From contig MU008191.1 in the NCBI GenBank assembly GCA_010909165.1, forward strand, positions 1-64,000: a DNA stretch of 64,000 bases. The letters are read 5' to 3'. Position numbers and translations under genes: made by a program. Below are positions 13,501 to 26,551 of the stretch, piece by piece. The notes beneath the pieces are model-generated. The model was not told the DNA's origin. It ran no database searches and saw nothing but the letters and a program-made list of their open reading frames with translations. Source of the stretch: Anthoceros angustus (Eukaryota; Plantae; Anthocerotophyta). Positions within the stretch are counted from its first letter, which is position 1; each line of letters opens with the position of its first letter.

Positions 13501-14420
13501 CCCACGGACTCTTACACCACCAAGCAATTTAGGAGCCCTTCCTGCACGGTTTCCTAGCAATCTTGCCACGCTCCACCCTCCTAGGCACCCTCACGAGCTT
13601 GGCAAGTGTTGGGTTGCGCCCCAACCTTCTTCTCCCTTCTCTTCCTCTTTTCCTCCTTCTTCCTCTCTTGGGCGGGATTTCTCCTCTTGTTGAGCTTGCG
13701 CCCTTCCTTCTCCTCCTCAGCAAGGTGCACGGGCGCTGTTGATGGGGGCCTTGGGAAGCTTGAGGTGTGGCGCCTTCTGTGAGGCCGCCTCAAGTTTCGA
13801 GTTGTGGCCTCCTGCAGCACCGCACCACTTTTATAAGTCACCCAAGGGTTAAAAAGTAACTACCATTCTCTATCCTGCCCTTGGATGTGTGCCACGTGGC
13901 CCCTTTCTCACCATTGATGTTAGTTTCCTAATTCCTTATACTAAAATACCATTTCCCTATTTTCTAATTTCTAATGAAAATTAGCCTCTAATTTCTTAAT
14001 TACCTATTTTGGCCTATTTATCTAGTCCACTAAAAGACTCTATATATAGCAAGCCTATCCTGCCTAAAACATAAGCTACCTTCCTTAGAACCTATCTCCC
14101 ACTGGGTAGGACATCCTCCTACCATGGTAGGCGTTCCTTTCTCCTACCACGGTAGGAGTTTCCCACTGGTAGGATACCTTCCTACCCTCTCCTACCATGG
14201 TAGGAGCTATTCCTACCGGTAGGTGATCAAAACACTAGCGGTCATTCTCCTCATGGTAGGATCTCTCCTACCGCTCACCATGGTAGGAGTTTCTCCTGGT
14301 GGTAGGACACCTCCTACCACTCATGTAGGTTACCTTTCTCCTCACCAAGGTCGTTTTGACCCGTTTCTTTTCCCCATATCCTCTGCCTTCCCGACATGGT
14401 CCTACAACTCCCGCTAAAAA
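10550..14420 (-). mobile_element. Family A internal region with a degraded accessory ORF (plant-transposon/Athila-ORF-like N-terminus, coiled-coil C-terminus)
   Basis: Minus-strand frames read MTKGKEVVAKEG... (~13279) and WSYTNLELIEECFANL, resembling the Y..LV.EF.ANL motif of Ty3 accessory ORFs, then E/K-rich coiled-coil pieces. TATA-like CTTATAAAAG at ~13830. Confidence 0.5.
14098..14330. repeat. Cluster of 14-bp palindromes CCTACCRYGGTAGG
   Basis: Full copies at 14118-14131, 14143-14156 and 14191-14204, plus several partial copies. Confidence 0.85.
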
Positions 14421-15599
14421 GGAGCAAAAATTTCCTTGCATGTCTTCACCAAACCATTTCTAGCAAAAGAGTGTGGGCCTGTTTCAAAGAACTCATTTAA
14501 GCTAGTTGCCCAAACTTTTATGCTTCCTTGTCAACCCCATTTCACGTTAACACCTCTTAGTCTTGTATGTCACCGATAGGCTTCTGGTTTGAAGTTTGAG
14601 GAACAATCACCTCGCCTCCCTCCTTCACCCATCTTCATAGGCCGTTCCACCTTGTCGATAAGTGCAGGTCCGCGCTGCCAAAGCTATCCTCTTCGTGTGC
14701 TCCACTGAGGGTCATCTCCTCTCTCCCCTCCGCTTTCCTTCACCCGCTCCTTCCGATACACCATGTTAGAAAGTGCTTGCCTCACACCGCCATGCTTGAT
14801 AGTATCTGGGTGTCGATGGGTACAAGCGATTGACCACACACAAGGCGCGGGGTCCGTGAACATGAGCATGAGCGCTGAGCAGATTTAGCACCGCCTGCAA
14901 CTCCTCCTCAAGACCCTTGTATCCCGCCTCTTGAGGAGACGGCGATGGGAGCTCATTGCTCTCGCTGAGAGTGTGGCGAGACTTTCAGCCATCCTACCAC
15001 ACACCCCGATGATCATGCCAAGTGGATGCACCACTATGGTGTCATGGCCCTCCCAATCAATGGCCTAGATGCATTCGGGGTCATATAGAGTTCTGGACAA
15101 TGAGGCCATCTCGGAACCGTGAAACAACCTATCATTCCACAACATGCCGTATTATCGCAAGAATTGCATTTTATGCGGAAAATGAAGGAAGGAGAAGATA
15201 GTTGTACATACGAAGTTGACATCTTAGAGCCGGATCACGTGCTTGAGTAACAAGATGCCAAGTCGTATCCTAGCTACTCAGCCTCCCACCTTCATATCAC
15301 CTGACCAAACGGACTGCTGCTTCTAGAGCTGCCGCCGCTTCCCCGTTAAGGACATCATTGGCGCACTTATCGAGGACAGGCTTGTACTCTTCCGGTGCTC
15401 CTCAAGAACAAAGCCGAGAGAGGTTACTGTGAATTCACGCCTGAGGCAAGGCCAAATTCAAGGGGCACTACTATCTGGCGGTTCTGCTGCATGAGATTCC
15501 GCCTCCACCAAACGCCCTGTGTTCTTAACTAGTGTGTGGCACCATTTGGGCAAGAGAATGCGAAGAAGAAGGCGGTGAGCCACAACTAGAGAGCGAATC

Positions 15600-17228
15600 A
15601 TAAGGAGAAAATTTGAGAACCAAGGCACCACCACTTAAGTGTTATTTCGCATGCGGAAGGTATTTTGTTGGCACATCGAAGCCAGAAGAGGATTGCGTAG
15701 ATAAGGAGAAGGTGGCGTATGAGATGGATGCACCCAAACGGTGAGGCAAAGGTGCCTTTTGTAGGACCGGTAGGATATTAGGAGGTTCATCAAGGATTTT
15801 GCTAAGAAGGCATTTGCGACCCAATTGACCAAGAAGGATACACCTTTCGAATGGATTACCGCAAGAAGAGGTTTTCGAACAAGAACACCGTGAGCGCACT
15901 CCATGTTACACCACGATTGGGAGAACCGTTTCATGTATACGTGGATGTGTCCGCTTATGCCATTGGGACCATCTGTTGGCGACGAAGAAACGGACCATCC
16001 GATTTATGCTTGTAGATGCCACGGATCAGAAGAACTACTCAACCATGCGGAGGGTCTTGGTATCATTTACTGTAAGAAGTTTAGACACTATCCGCGCTTG
16101 CAAAGTGACGTTCATGTTGACCATTTTGCTGAAGTACCAACAAGCCGCATTTGGTAAGGATTGCCTGGGGTACCTCACGCAAGAGTTTGATTATGACGAA
16201 ACTAGCTGTGGAAGCAAGATCGTCGTGATCAAGACATCGTGACGAAGACGTGACACGCATCAAAAACTTGCAAGATGGACAAAGCGGGAGAAATCGATTT
16301 GTGGATGGATCAACCCTGGGGCTGGTGGCGAGCTAGCAGGAGGCGACGTGGTATGCGTGGAAGGAGGAGATTAGAACGTGAGGGGCGTTCATGCCCAAGA
16401 TACTTGAATGGTGAGGTAAAATTTTCTAGAGCATGGAATCATGCCCGATGGTTTGTCTAGGGAGGGCGATTGTTTTTCTCCACAAGACAGCCCCTTATTG
16501 CCTAGATGGGGTCTTGTACAAGCTTGGTCCGAGAGAAGATTCGCGATGTCCGGAAATAGAGAAGCTGCTTTGGTCACGTGCTTTACATGCGTAAGAGGTG
16601 GTCATTATTCGACGCAAATCACCGGAAGAAGGTCTTGGATGCCTCGTGGGCAATGCGCAGGGATGTGGGAATTTATTAGGAGGTGTGATGCGTCGAGGGT
16701 TGGAAGGCCCACTTTGTCAACAAAGGGCCTCTCACCTACATACTACCTTTGGCACCATTTGAGAAGTGGGGTATAGATTTTGTAGGTCCAATCAAGCCAC
16801 CCACACAATGGACAAGGAAGCAATATATCTTGGTGGCGGACTATTGTACAAAGATGGTGGAGGTCAAGCAACAAAGGACGACGACTGCAGAGAAGTTTCT
16901 CTGAGAACATTATAACGAGGTATGGATGTCCTTTGAGTTGGTCTGATGGGGAACTCATTTCCTCAACTCGATCGAGACTCTCACCACCTACTTCAACATT
17001 CGATCGAAAGACAACTCCTTACAATCCCAAAGCGAATGGTTTGACGGAGAAAACGAATGGGCTGTTGTGTACAATCTTGACCAAGGTAACGTGGACTCAC
17101 ATGTATGATTGGGACACTAAGCTACATTCAAGGGCTTACAGAAGCAGAAGGTGACAACCAAGAAGACCCCTTATTATTTAACATATGGCTCCTGTGATGC
17201 CAGTGAATTTGAAGTACCCACCTATAGA
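15600..17228 (+). mobile_element. Ty3/Gypsy pol fragment (RT C-terminus, RNase H, integrase), frameshifted
   Basis: YRRFIKDFAK...TKKDTPFEW; FHVYVD (RNase H); PFEKWGIDFVGPIKP; TTPYNPKANGLTEKTNG; DWDTKL. Ends at the scaffold N (17229). Confidence 0.88.
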
Positions 17229-17514
17229 NCGCCCACGTGGCCGCCCATGGCCCTTACGGCCCCAACTCTAAGTTACTCCCGACGCATTATCCCGCCTCGG
17301 GTCCCGGAGTGGGTCCGGACTTACTCGCCGCCCGCCATCGAGGGTCTGGGCACGCCTCACCCCGAGTCAGAGTATACTCCGAGTGCCGTCCGAGTGCTAA
17401 CCGGCTTATTTCCTCCTCCTTCGCCTCCTCCTTCGCCTCCACAAAAACAAAATCCTACCTAATTTCTAACCCCCTGTGGAAGTCCGTAGTCCACAAGCTC
17501 ACCCGGATGTAAGG

Positions 17515-19955
17515 TGACAAAGGAAAGGCCAGCAGCACTGCTCCTGCAGGAGCTCGTGGGAAGCCACATGTCAGGAGGAATCACCCCAACCTTTGGGCAC
17601 CCGAGCCGATCCAGAAAGTCACCACTGCTCAAGGGTGACCTCAAGTATACCCAAGTGGTCGCAGGGAGAGCCGCCATGCCGATAGGAAGGAGGGAACCCA
17701 TCCTTTGGGGGCCTAACATCACCCTACAAGAACCGGGTCTCGGCTATGGCACGACTAGGTGAGATGGAGGACCAGATAGCTCGTCCTCTTTTAGGTTTAC
17801 AGCAGTAGGGGAACAACAGGGGAGAAAGGAGCTCCGTGGAATGAAGGTGAGAAGGAGGTCTTGGAGGGACGCCTAGGTAGCATGGAAGCAAGAAGGTCCG
17901 AGAAGAGTTGCAGAAGACCAAGGATCGAAACCCTCATGGTTCAGCTCCTGACGACAAAGCACCATAGGGGAGCCGCAGAATGTCATCTCGATGCGCAAGT
18001 TCAGCCGAAATCATGGATGCCACTGGGCGCCAAGAAGGAGAGGGACGAGGCAAGGAAAGGTTGGAAAGAGGCCAAGAGGGCTGGATTGCAAGGAGAGCCA
18101 CCGTGGAAGATGGAGCCTCCATGGAAGAATCAAGGTCGAGTTAGCAATGAGGAGGTTGCTAAGCAACCGCCGCCGCCGCTAAGGAAGCACAACCTGCACT
18201 GCTGCTACAACAGCTCCAAGACCAGAGCTACAACAAGGAAGAAGGGGCAAGACCGTGAGGAGGACAACAGCTGGGGAGCGGTAAGCACCGCCTAAGAAGT
18301 CTAACTTCCCAATGGTGCATTAGATTGAGGGATGCTTATCAAGATAACCATGTGCCCGGATTCTCCTTGGCTGGAGAGAAGATTGTCGAAAGTTTATGTT
18401 GTTGTGGGCACAGGGGACATGGAGGTACTTGATCCATGCCTTGACGGCACGGATCCTACCTATGGGTTGGATTCTTAAGGAGGAAACTCTCACCCCCATC
18501 CAGGATTCAAGAGCTCACCGAGGAGGAGTACTGACTATGCGGCGAGCACAAGAGAGAGGAGTCCAGCTCGAGGAGGTAGATTTTATGGGAGAGATTGCCC
18601 AACCCGAGGAGGAGGGAGGAGAACATGGGGCTAGGCGGCCTAGGAGGCCAGGAGGTAATAGGGTAAGTGGCCAAATAGCTAAAGGCCCATGTGTTATAGG
18701 TAAATCTTATCCTCTCATAGTGGAATTGATAGATAGGCCTCTAGGATTGGTAGGCTAAGGCCATTGGTATTTTTAAGCCAAGCTGCTTTTGTGATCTTGG
18801 GTATGAGGCACCCCTTGATGAAATGTAAGCAATGTTGGCTAAGTCTCGGTGTTTGGGGCGAGCACGGGGTTTGGGAGTTCGATCGATCCGGTCTTTGTAA
18901 GTCTCGCCTCCTGAGAGGGGAAGACTACCAAGTTGCCCAGATCGTGGCGGATCCGCAAGGGTGGTGGAAAGCAAGGAGGGAGCCTTGTGGTCTCCTTGGA
19001 GTCCTCAAGGTCAAGAGGAAGGGGGGTGAAGCCGGAGGCTGTCCCTCCTTACTCATTCTCTTTTGTCTAGTACTCACCTTGTGTTTGAGTTTTTGTGTTG
19101 TGGGAGAGAAGACAAGGCGGGGAGCCTGTGTGTGGAAGGAGGGCAAGTGAGTGAGGAGTGGGCTTGTGTTTGGAAAATGAGGGAAAAGTGAGGTGAGAAG
19201 TGGAGAATCTGGACATGGAGAGTTGCTGATTGGCTGTTTGAGAGGAGTAAGAAGGATGGAGAAGTCTAAGTGATGTTTGTGTTCTTGAAGAGAGAGGCGT
19301 GAGTGGAGGTTGAAGATCCGTGAGTGGATGAGACGGAATGATTGCGGGAGTGACAAGTATTTTGAGAGTTGGTGTGTAAGGGCTGGATGAGAACCTTGTA
19401 AGGCTGGGGAGGGTGGTGTGGAGTGGAGGCGAGATGTGGGAGTGAGAACAAGGAGAGTTGAGAGAGCTTGGGAACTTGGAGGTGTGAGCTCAAGGGTTGG
19501 AGGTTGGAGGTGATGAAAGGAGGAGAGAGCAAGGAAGTCTAAGAGTGCAAGAGTGAGAGGTGGAGGGGTTATGAGGCGTAACCACATTGGTGGATCTAAC
19601 TTTGTGGATGATAAGAGAGAGAGGTCACCTTATCCACTTGGATCCCAAGTGGGTCCCACCCTTCTATTAATAGCCGACTGATCCCAAGGTGGACCCCTCT
19701 GCTAGAATAGAGGGCTAAGCAACCGCCGTCTGCTAAGGTAGCATCGGTCGCGTAAGATAGCCGTGTCCGAGTGTTGTTAGGATAGTAGCCCGTCTCAGAA
19801 TCGCTAGATGTTTGTGTCCGTGTTTGGTTGGATTGGCTATGTTTTGGTTGTCTTGACACGAAATCACTCCCTTGGGTACGAATCTCAAGTCTACAACGAT
19901 AAAGAGGGTAAATGTGGCCTCTTTGTGACCACTTGGTTTAGAAAATCACTCCACA
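17515..19955 (+). repeat. Family B 3' accessory region plus LTR, copy 1
   Basis: ~2.45 kb direct repeat of 23965-26551. Ends ...TCACTCCACA, followed by a PBS-like TGG. Tentative LTR start TGTGGA at 19603 (6-bp inverted termini); TATA-like CTATTAATAG at ~19663. Confidence 0.75.
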
Positions 19956-19958
19956 TTT

Positions 19959-19975
19959 TGGCCTGCTGTCGGGAG
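19959..19975 (+). promoter_or_regulatory. Degenerate primer-binding site, probably tRNA-Asp (Athila-type)
   Basis: TGGCCTGCTGTCGGGAG lies 3 nt after the LTR end. It resembles TGGCGCCGTTGCCGGGGA, the complement of the 3' end + CCA of the tRNA-Asp in this window. Confidence 0.45.
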
Positions 19976-20259
19976 TGTCATTGTTGTCAAGACCTTAGAG
20001 TAGACTAACCTTGTCTAGTAGTGTATTGGGAGTCTTGAGTGTGATACATGGATGCTACCCATTGAGTCGAAAGTTCCGACTCCACCGTGAAGAGAAGACT
20101 CAGAAGAAGAAGACAAGCCGCGGAGCGAGTCGCAGATCGAGAGCCGAGGAGAGCAAGAAGAAGAAGAAGAAGAAGAAGAAGAAGAAGCAACAGTCGCTAG
20201 GACCGATACCATCCTGTCTTCTCGACCTCCGGGTCGAACTTGTGCACCGTGAACTCAAG

Positions 20260-23200
20260 AACTTTTGACAGTATGCTATGAGATCTGTTAGACCAACAAT
20301 CGCGGTTGCCGGATAGTGACGACCGTCATGGCGACTTCCGCCTTTTGCAATAACTACTAAGCATACCGTATGGAGAGAAGAAGGGTATGAAGATCCGACG
20401 AGTTTGTTGAACGCTTGAGCAACTAACCATTGCAAATCGTGAACTGGGATCTGCAGCAGATTCACTCTTCTACGGAGTTCTTCATGAGGGGCCAAGTGGT
20501 ACAAGAGGGAGTACCTCAGATCAAGACTCAAAGAACCTTCAACGAATCAAGAAAGCCTTTTGTGAGAGGTTCTGGGAATAGATGTAGAAGGCTACGTGTT
20601 GTCAAAGTTGGAGTTTTGAGGAGAAGAAGGAAGGAGACCTTGCAAGCTTATGTTGAGAGGTTTCTTAACTTGCGTGATCGTAGTGGTCCTCACTCGATTT
20701 ATGTGCCATTCGTGGTTTGCTAAGGGGTTAGATCCCGAGATGGGCCGACATGTGAGGCCAAGCGGGACGAGACAAGGCCATCAAGGCGGCACTCAACTAC
20801 GAAGAATCCAACTCCTTGGACAAGAAGAAGCACAAGAAGGAAAAGAGCAAGAAGAAGAAGAAGCGAGGGAAGAAGGACAAGGGATCTTCGTCGGAGGAAG
20901 AATCTTCGAGGAGAGTGACCTCTCAAGACTCAGACTGGAGGACTCTTCCTGAGGATGGCAGACGGAGGAAGAATCCTCAAGACGAAAGACGCAGGAAGAA
21001 GAAGAAGGTTGGCGCTAAGAAGAAACCAGGCTCGAGGATCAAGGGAGCTGGCTAAACAAGAGGTCGCTAGTGCTAAGAAGGAAGTGGAACAAGTCAAGAA
21101 GGAGGGGTCAAGAAGGTGCAAAGAAGAAATGAAGATGGAGGAAATGATGAGCAAATTCGAGAAGTTTCACCTCAACGCTGTGAAGGAGCATGAGAAGAGG
21201 AGAGTGCATCCAAAGCTCGGCTAACCTGCTTTGTTCCACTTGTGGCCAGCCAGCCACACCAAGTCCAACTGCTGTGGCCAAGGTGCACATGCTCGCCACG
21301 AGGAGGAGGAAGAGGATCGCTGGAGGATACCTACCGATCCGTGAGGTTTCCTGGACAACAAGACCTCAAGACCGCCCATCCGCCGATGCGCGAAATTCCA
21401 TGGGGCCGCATTCGTAACAAACTAAGTGCCTGTTGCTAACCAAGCAACGGGTGTGGTTACAACCGTAGGGGCTTTGGTCATTATGCAAATAGCCATCCAC
21501 AGACAAAGCCAATGGTGACTACGGCTGCAAGACCGCAAACAATGTGGTCATGTAGCGGGAGTGTCACGCCCAAACCGAGGAAGACTTTCAATTGCTCAAC
21601 CACCGTGATGAGTTCAAGCAAGCATCAAGGAGCCGCGCCATGCACGTGGAGGATGCCCTTATGGTCGCTTTGGGAGGATGCGGAAGCCATGGTGTTGCGG
21701 GAGCTAGATGGACTGGGGGTGCTGGGAGACTACTACGAGAGGTGCAGCCATGGTCATGCGCACTAGGAGTGAAAAGCTAGGAGGAAGTCAGGAAGAAGAA
21801 AGAGACGGAGGTGGAATCACCACAAAGTCAAGAGAGCACTCCAAGCCCGGAGGGAACGGATCCGAGGAGACACTTGAGAAGGAGAACCCAGAAGGAAGAA
21901 TCAAGGAGTGAATCGCTGCGCCGAGAAAAGAAGTTCCAAAGAAAAGGGAGAGGAAACCCGAGTTTCCACCGGACGACGCCGGAAGTCATGGAGATGATAG
22001 AGGAGGAATTGACCAAGACAAATAAATCGAGCCGTGATCCTCGAGACCGCAGAAGTCCTCTCGTTAGCAACCGCTGTTAAAGCAACCGACGTTGTTGCTA
22101 AGGGAGCAACCGCGATCGCTGGGAAGAAGGAGGGACCGATCGAGGACCATTTAACCTTGGCCATCATGGATCAGCAATTTGCCATCACGCTTGGTCAACT
22201 ATTGAAGGACAACCCGGCAAGTGCAACAAGTTCGAGGGCCTTGCAAGAAGCGCAACCCAAGAGGAAGAGGCGATTGCCCAAGCCAGACCAAGGGTGCCGA
22301 CTACAACAACCTAGTGTCCATGATAGACCAAGGGCCGAGCCGCAAGGAGATCACGTGTCATCAAGCGGGTTCCCTTGGATCGGATCCGGTGAACATCATG
22401 ACGGAAGCAATGAGGAAGCTTGGGTTGGACATTGAGCATACCACCAAGGCCGAGATTGGACATGTCAAAAATGCACTGTGGAGAATCAAGGGAGTAACCA
22501 CCATCATAGGGACCATTCCTATCTCATGGACTATGTGGTTAGCTAAGAAGACAAGCCTGATAGGCTGTGAAGGGGCCGAGGAACTCGCAGAAAGGGAAGT
22601 GTGCACGGCAAGGCGCAAGGGTGGCACGCACTGGGAGGTCGGACAAGGGCAAGACAAAGCGCAGGGTCACTGTTTCAACCGCGGGTTGCAGGATACACCT
22701 CCAAGCTCGTGGTACACTCAAGCCTCACACAACCGAGGTAGGCCGGAGCAGATCGCCCGAGCCGAGGCGTGTGTATTGGCGCGAGGATAAGAACGGGTTT
22801 CAATTAGGGTGCCGGTGTCAAGTCGGACACGTAAAACGGGCCGAAGGATAGGGTCAGGTTGAATAAATTGTGGTCCGAGGATTGTCGACGCGCTTCCAAG
22901 TGTCGAGGAAGCAGACACCGCCATCGTGAAGTTGGAAGCCGAGCAGTGTTTGGGATCCTCCAACCAAACAGAGCTAAGCGGAAATTTCGGATGGGAAGTC
23001 GGCCCCGAGGAGGCCGATACCAACAGAGGGATGAATCTTGAGGTGGGGAAGTGCTGTGGTGCATCACGATGGCGGGACTCCTTACTGAAACTCGAGCCAC
23101 AGTCGAAGCATGGCCCCTAAGAAGACCACTCCGGTGGCCATTGAGGCCATCGGCCCAATGGCCCAACATGGGGCACTGGAGAGTGAAGGCGGGTCTTTGG

Positions 23201-24750
23201 TGGCTAAGCATCACATCCTTCATGGACAAAAAGTGGTGCTACAATAGCCTGTTGGTTTGGGAGTGTGGCACATGAGGAGAAGGCCATGTGGAAGGCAACA
23301 CGAGAACCAACCCCGCCTGAATATTCAGTTGTTCCAGTCCTATGAGAGGCCTCAAGAGGAATGTGGTGGAATAATCATTGATCCTTTCGTGAAGCCGCCT
23401 CCCCAAAAGTCAGGAGGCACGTCGCCATTGCTCCCACATTGTCTAGGGTGGAGAATGGGTCACCAACAAGTTAGACCGAGGGCCGGATTAGCCAGGATCC
23501 CGTGCTCACACTAAGAAGCTAGAGCACATCACGATTTCTTGTCTTTCTCTATGAGGTGGTGAGAGGGTCCAAGATAGATTGGGCTAGGATGTTCTATGAC
23601 ACAGATGTGAGAGGGACCACTTGACCCTACCATCACCCAGCCCCTCACTCTATCTCCTTCTTAATCCACCATGCCAAGTTGCCGGAGGATAGAGATGGTC
23701 TCACCTTCCATGCCCGGAGGCCGGTGTTTGAAAGAAGGAAGCCCAAAGAGGAGTCGAGGAAGAGGCCATCTCCGGTGGCAGGAGTGAGGATGAGAAGTCC
23801 AAGTGTCCATGAAGAGGAATGTGGCGGTTGCTAAGGTGTCACCACTAACAAAGCAACCGGAGTTGCTAAGACTCAACAGGCACCAAGAGAGGTCCGAGCA
23901 ACAGGGGACTCCAACCACTCCTAGAGCCACAAGAGCACGACCGGGAACTCACACCGGACAAGGCAGGACAAAGGAAAGGCCGAAAGCACCTGGGAGCGTG
24001 GGCGGGAAGCCACAGTCAACAGGAGGAATCGCCCAACCTTTGGGCACGCCGAGCCGACCCGAGAAAGTCACTACTGCTCAAGGTGACCCTCAAGTATACC
24101 CGGAAGTGGTCGCAGGGAGAGCGCGCCAGATAGGAAGGAGGGAACCCATCCCGAGGTTTGGGGCCTAACATCACCCTACAAGAACCGGGTCTCATGGCAC
24201 GCACTAGGTGAGATGGAGGACCATAGCTCGTCCTCTTTGTTAGGTTTACAGCGCATAGGGGAACAACAGTGAGAGCAAAGGAGCCTGGAATGAAGCGAGA
24301 AGGAGGTCTTGGAGGGACGCCTAGGTAGCATGGAAGCGGAATTAAGGAAGGTCCGAGAAGAGTTGCGGAAGACCAAGGATCGTGAAACCCTCATGGTTCA
24401 CCTGACGACAAAGCACCATAGGGGAGCAGAACGTCATCTCGGATGCAAGTTCAGCCGAAACTCGGATGCCCGCCGGGCCTAAGAAGGAGAGGGACGAGGC
24501 AAGGAAAGGTGGAAAGAGGCCAAGAGGGCTGTGATTGCAAGGAGAGCCACCGTGGAAGATGCGAGCCTCCCATGGAAGAATCTGTTGAGGCAGCCGAGGA
24601 GGTTGCTAAGCAAGCAACCGCCGCCGCTAAGGAAGCACACTCCGCACTGCTAAGGGAGCAACAGCTCCAAGACCGAGCTACAACAAGGAAGAAGGGGCAA
24701 GACCGGAGGAGGAGGACAAACAGCTGTGGGGAGCGGGTAAGCACCGCCTA
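20260..24750 (+). mobile_element. Family B Ty3/Gypsy internal region: gag, protease-like and accessory ORF; no RT/INT seen
   Basis: Gag-like ETLQAYVERFLNLR and a lysine-rich spacer. Degraded CCHC at ~21451-21498; protease-like ...GS..VNIMTEAMRKLGL at ~22375. Accessory DWARMFYD/LSPFLIH at ~23575-23670 and coiled-coil at 24300-24750. Confidence 0.65.
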
Positions 24751-26551
24751 AGAAGTCTAACTTCCCAATGGTGCATTAGATTGAGGGATGCTTATCAAGA
24801 TAACCATGTGCCCGGATTCTCCTTGGCCGGAGAGAAGATTGTCTCCGAAAGTTTATGTTGGGGGTGTGGGGACATGGAGGTACTTGATCCATGCCTTGGC
24901 ACCGGATCCTACCTATGGGGTTGGATTCTTAAGGAGGAAACTCTCACCGACCCATCCAGATTCAAGAGCTCACCGAGGAGGAGTACTGCACTATGCGGCG
25001 AGCACAAGAGAGAGGAGTCCAGCCGAGGAGGTAGAGATTTTATGGGAGAGATTGCCCAACCAGCCAAGAGGGAGGAGAGCAAGAGGAGAACATGGGGCTA
25101 GGCGGCCTAGGAGGCCTGTGAGAGGTAATAGGGTAAGTGGCTCAAATAGCTAAAGGCCCATGTGTTATAGATCAGAATCTTATCCTCTCTCATAGTGATG
25201 TAATTGATAGATAGGCCTCTAGGATTGGTAGGCTAAGACCGATTGGTAAAGCGCCCAAGCCGCTTTTGTGGGTCGATCTTGGGTATAAGAGGCACTTGAT
25301 GAAATGTAAGCAATGTTGGCCTAAGTCTCGTGAATGAGCACGGGGTTTGGGAGGGTTCCGATCCAAAGGTCTACTAGGCACGCTCCTCCGCCATGGGGGA
25401 AGACTACTGTTGCCCAGATCCGTGGGCCGATCCGCAAGAGTGGTGGAAAGCAAGGGAAGGGAGCCTTGTGATCTCCTTGGAGGGAGTCCTCAAGGTCAAG
25501 AGGGGTGGGGTCGAAGCCGGAGGTCAGTCCCTCCTTTACTCATTCTCTCATTGTCTAGTACTCACCTTGTGTTTAAGTGTGAGTGTCAAGGTCGCAGAGG
25601 AGAAGAAGACAAGGCGGGAGCCGTGTGTGAAGGAGGAAGTCAAGTGAGTGAGGCCTGGGCTTGTGGGTTGGAAAATGAGAGGAAAAGTGAGTGAGAGAAG
25701 TGGAGAATCTTTGGGCATGGAGAGTTGCTGATTGGCTGTTTGAGAGGAGTAAGAAGGGCTGGAGAAGTCTGTAAGAGATGGTTGTGTTGTCAAGAAGAGA
25801 GCCGGAGTGGAGGTTGAAGATCCGTGAGGGGGATGAGACTAAATGATTGGTGAGAGAGAGATGAACAAGTATTTTGAGAGTTGGTGAAGTCTGTAAGGGC
25901 CTGGATGAGAACCTTGTAAGGACCGGGGAAGTGAGCTGGAAGTGGAGATTGAATGGGGCGTGAGGGAGGTGTGAGAACAAGGAGAGTTGAAGAGAGTTCT
26001 GGGGAACTTGGAGTGTGATGAAAGGCACCTCAAGGTGTTGGTATGGGGTTGGAAGGTGAGCTGAAAGGCCAGAGAGGGGGCAAGGAAGTCTGAAGAAGTG
26101 CTGCAAGAGTGAGAGGAGGAGGGGGAGTTATGAGAGCAGTAACCCTGATTGGTGGATCTAACTTTGTGGATGAGTAAGAGAGAGAGAGAGAGAGAGAGGT
26201 CAGCCTTATCTACTTGGATCCCGAATTGGGTCCCACCCTTCTATTAATAGCCAAACCTGATCCCAAGGTGGTCCCCACTCTGCTAGAAATAGAGGGTGGT
26301 TGCTAAGTTAGCAACCGGTCTCGCTGTCGGGTGGCATCAGCGTGGCTAAGATAGCCATGTGTCCGAGTGTTGTTAGGTAGTAGCCGTCTAGAATCGCTAG
26401 ATGTTTGGTGTGTCTGTGTTTGGTTGGATTGGCTATGTTTTGGTTGTCTTGACACGAAATCACTCCCTTGGGTACGAATCTCAAGTCTACAACGATAAAG
26501 AGGGTAAATGTGGCCTCTTTGTGACCACTTGGTTTAGAAAATCACTCCACA
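23965..26551 (+). repeat. Family B 3' accessory region plus LTR, copy 2
   Basis: Direct repeat of 17515-19955 with a near-identical terminal ~150 bp. Contains (GA)n at ~26178-26198. Confidence 0.75.

Noticed and set aside
14420-15600. Cys-rich minus ORF (15034-15222) as a zinc-finger gene
   Set aside because: Short, set in degraded TE sequence, and without a recognisable family pattern.
17229-17229. Continuity between Gypsy pol and the downstream family B region
   Set aside because: A single N marks a probable scaffold join, so adjacency is unproven.
1309-26551. Programmed frameshifting or editing to explain the broken TE ORFs
   Set aside because: Dense random 1-3 nt deletions confined to repeats fit consensus error or decay better.
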